Source of the DNA: Candidatus Bathyarchaeia archaeon
Lineage (GTDB): Archaea > Thermoproteota > Bathyarchaeia > 40CM-2-53-6
NCBI GenBank assembly: GCA_049521055.1
Contig: JBEKPE010000003.1
Span: 1-48,649 of the forward strand
Length of the DNA stretch: 48,649 nt
Direction of reading: 5' to 3'
Part shown: in pieces, positions 47,348 to 48,649 of the stretch
Layout: every line of letters starts with the position of its first letter
How positions within the stretch are numbered: position 1 is the first letter of the stretch
Position numbers and translations under genes: made by a program
The notes under the pieces: generated by a model
Database searches by the model: none
Seen by the model: the letters and a program-made list of their open reading frames with translations, nothing else
Told to the model about the DNA's origin: nothing

Positions 47348-47884
47348 TTAAGTGCGTGTCTTTGGAGAAACGACAAGCGCATCCGTCGTATCTGATGTCA
47401 ATTTTCGTGAACGTAGCGCACCCTGAATTTTCAATTTTGCAGCATCACAGTACGCACTCCAAACAAATGGGTTTGGGTCGTAGACTCTAAGGAATTCACT
47501 GTCATAACCGAGCACAGTCAGCATATGCCAGTTTTTCGGCGGAATCGGTACCGAAATTATGGCGGGTCTATTTTCGTCTACACATTCTTCAAGAAAGCTA
47601 ACTAACGCATTGAATGATCCATGAAATTGATACTCTTCACAATATCGGATATCGGCCCACGAAAACTCGGAGTATTGCTTCAATACATCTTGGATTGGTT
47701 TGAGTCCTATCTGATCCAGCCCTTTCCTTCTCACGAATTCGCGTAGTATTTGCCCCTGCGTTACTGTTGAGTTTGGCATGTGATATTTTGCGACTGCCTC
47801 AATACTTGCAGGGATACACCAATCATGGTTTGGCGGTTGTCTTACTTCAAACGGAAAGCGTTCGAAGTATCGAATCAGTTGCAT
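47348..47884 (-). CDS. Papain-like peptidase (C39-like)
   Basis: Q....DWCIPAS (Cys), WHMLTVLGYD (His), VYDP (Asp). Confidence 0.8.
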   Translation of the reverse strand: MQLIRYFERFPFEVRQPPNHDWCIPASIEAVAKYHMPNSTVTQGQILREFVRRKGLDQIGLKPIQDVLKQYSEFSWADIRYCEEYQFHGSFNALVSFLEECVDENRPAIISVPIPPKNWHMLTVLGYDSEFLRVYDPNPFVWSAYCDAAKLKIQGALRSRKLTSDTTDALVVSPKTRT

Positions 47885-47935
47885 GTCTTCTTACTCCTAT
47901 GCCTTGTGTTATGCCGTTCGGAGTTTGAATCATTC

Positions 47936-47970
47936 GGTTCAAGTCCCTCCGAGTCTGACCCTAACTGAGT
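47936..47970 (+). repeat. 35-bp direct repeat, right copy, with a tRNA T-arm-like start
   Basis: GGTTCAAGTCCCTCCGAGTCTG; preceded by TTGAA, which is inverted relative to TTCAA. Confidence 0.75.
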
Positions 47971-48032
47971 AAGTCCGCAAGACTATGTGTCGCGTCATAG
48001 GAGCTAGGAATTCCCCATCTCTGTTTTCAAGC

Positions 48033-48137
48033 TCACTCGGAGTAGAAACTCGATTTTCTTACCCTGATGTTGCAGAATGGGCATGTTGGCTGGTATTCAG
48101 CGAAGTTACTCTTGCATTTAGGACAATACCAAGCCAT
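48033..48137 (-). CDS. Zinc-ribbon microprotein, 34 aa (not in ORF track)
   Basis: MAWYCPKCKSNFAEYQPTCPFCNIRVRKSSFYSE. Confidence 0.55.
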   Translation of the reverse strand: MAWYCPKCKSNFAEYQPTCPFCNIRVRKSSFYSE

Positions 48138-48202
48138 AGGAAGCAGCCTTAGACTAATCTCTGATGTAAGATTTCAGCTAAAGAAAACACGACACAGACC
48201 CG

Positions 48203-48649
48203 CTAGGTGGGGATGAGTTGGTTGAGAGTTAGCTCAGCGTAAACGTCGCCGTCTCTGTTCCTTTTTGTTGTGAAACCCAGTTTCTCGGCAAGTCGAATCA
48301 TGTTGGTGTTCTCAGCCATTATTTGGGCGTAGATTTTTTCTACGCCCTTCTCCTTGGCAACCTCGATCAGCATGTTGGTCAGCTTGGTTCCGAGGCCGCG
48401 GCCTTGGTATTTGTCGGCTATGACAACGGCGAATTCTGCTTGCTTCTTGTTCGGTTCGAGGATTAGGCGTGCCACTCCAATCTCTATTGTCTTGTTCCCT
48501 TCTCTTGTTTCACCTATGAAAGCCATTTCGCGGTCGTAGTCTATGTTGCAGAACCTCACTAGGTCTTCGTGTGAAAGGTCTTTGATTACGTGAAAGAACC
48601 TGAACTGACTGGTTTCTGGTGATAATCCTCGGATGAGTTCGTGTTCGAT
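48203..48649 (-). CDS. Pat-type GNAT domain (C-terminus of a probable acetate-CoA ligase/GNAT fusion); start lies outside the window
   Basis: RFCNIDYDREMA, GVAR, AEFAVVIAD.YQGRGLG, EN..M..LA.KLGF. Confidence 0.88.
   Translation of the reverse strand: MEHELIRGLSPETSQFRFFHVIKDLSHEDLVRFCNIDYDREMAFIGETREGNKTIEIGVARLILEPNKKQAEFAVVIADKYQGRGLGTKLTNMLIEVAKEKGVEKIYAQIMAENTNMIRLAEKLGFTTKRNRDGDVYAELTLNQLIPT

Noticed and set aside
49-48539. Numerous 60-200 aa antisense or alternate-frame ORFs nested in identified genes
   Set aside because: Shadow ORFs of well-supported genes with no independent motifs.

Overview
Archaeal chromosomal segment. TTG/GTG-rich starts, GGTGA/GGAGG ribosome-binding sites, an FrhB-family gene and a PolB1-type polymerase suggest Thermoproteota, plausibly Bathyarchaeia (inference). 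The left ~29 kb is metabolic/housekeeping: a DUF2877-GNAT-thiolase-DUF35 cluster with acetoacetate-CoA ligase, a DEAD-box helicase, thiL, and a co-directional tricarboxylate cluster (IDH-like, LeuCD-like, two-subunit ATP-citrate-lyase-like, HD protein, PrpD, KorAB, Ldh_2). It continues with LigB-like, FrhB-like, VOC, M32 carboxypeptidase and Tag genes. The right ~19 kb is an accessory island: an orphan terminase module (RHH protein, TerL, Zn microprotein, divergent wHTH), two secreted PKD proteins, a four-gene HD-CE-led candidate defence operon, Zn-ribbon genes, a PolB1 paralog lacking its whole proofreading domain, a truncated SIR2-like gene and a C39-like peptidase. The most striking signal is a family of ~49-bp intergenic sites between the cargo genes. 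Each has two AAC-N5-GTT-type boxes enclosing a tRNA 3'-end-like sequence, and they divide the island into cassette-like units although no integrase or intact tRNA is in the window. Several genes lack ATG/GTG/TTG starts, and several CxxC microproteins are missing from the ORF track. All family calls come from motif recognition by eye, not from database searches.
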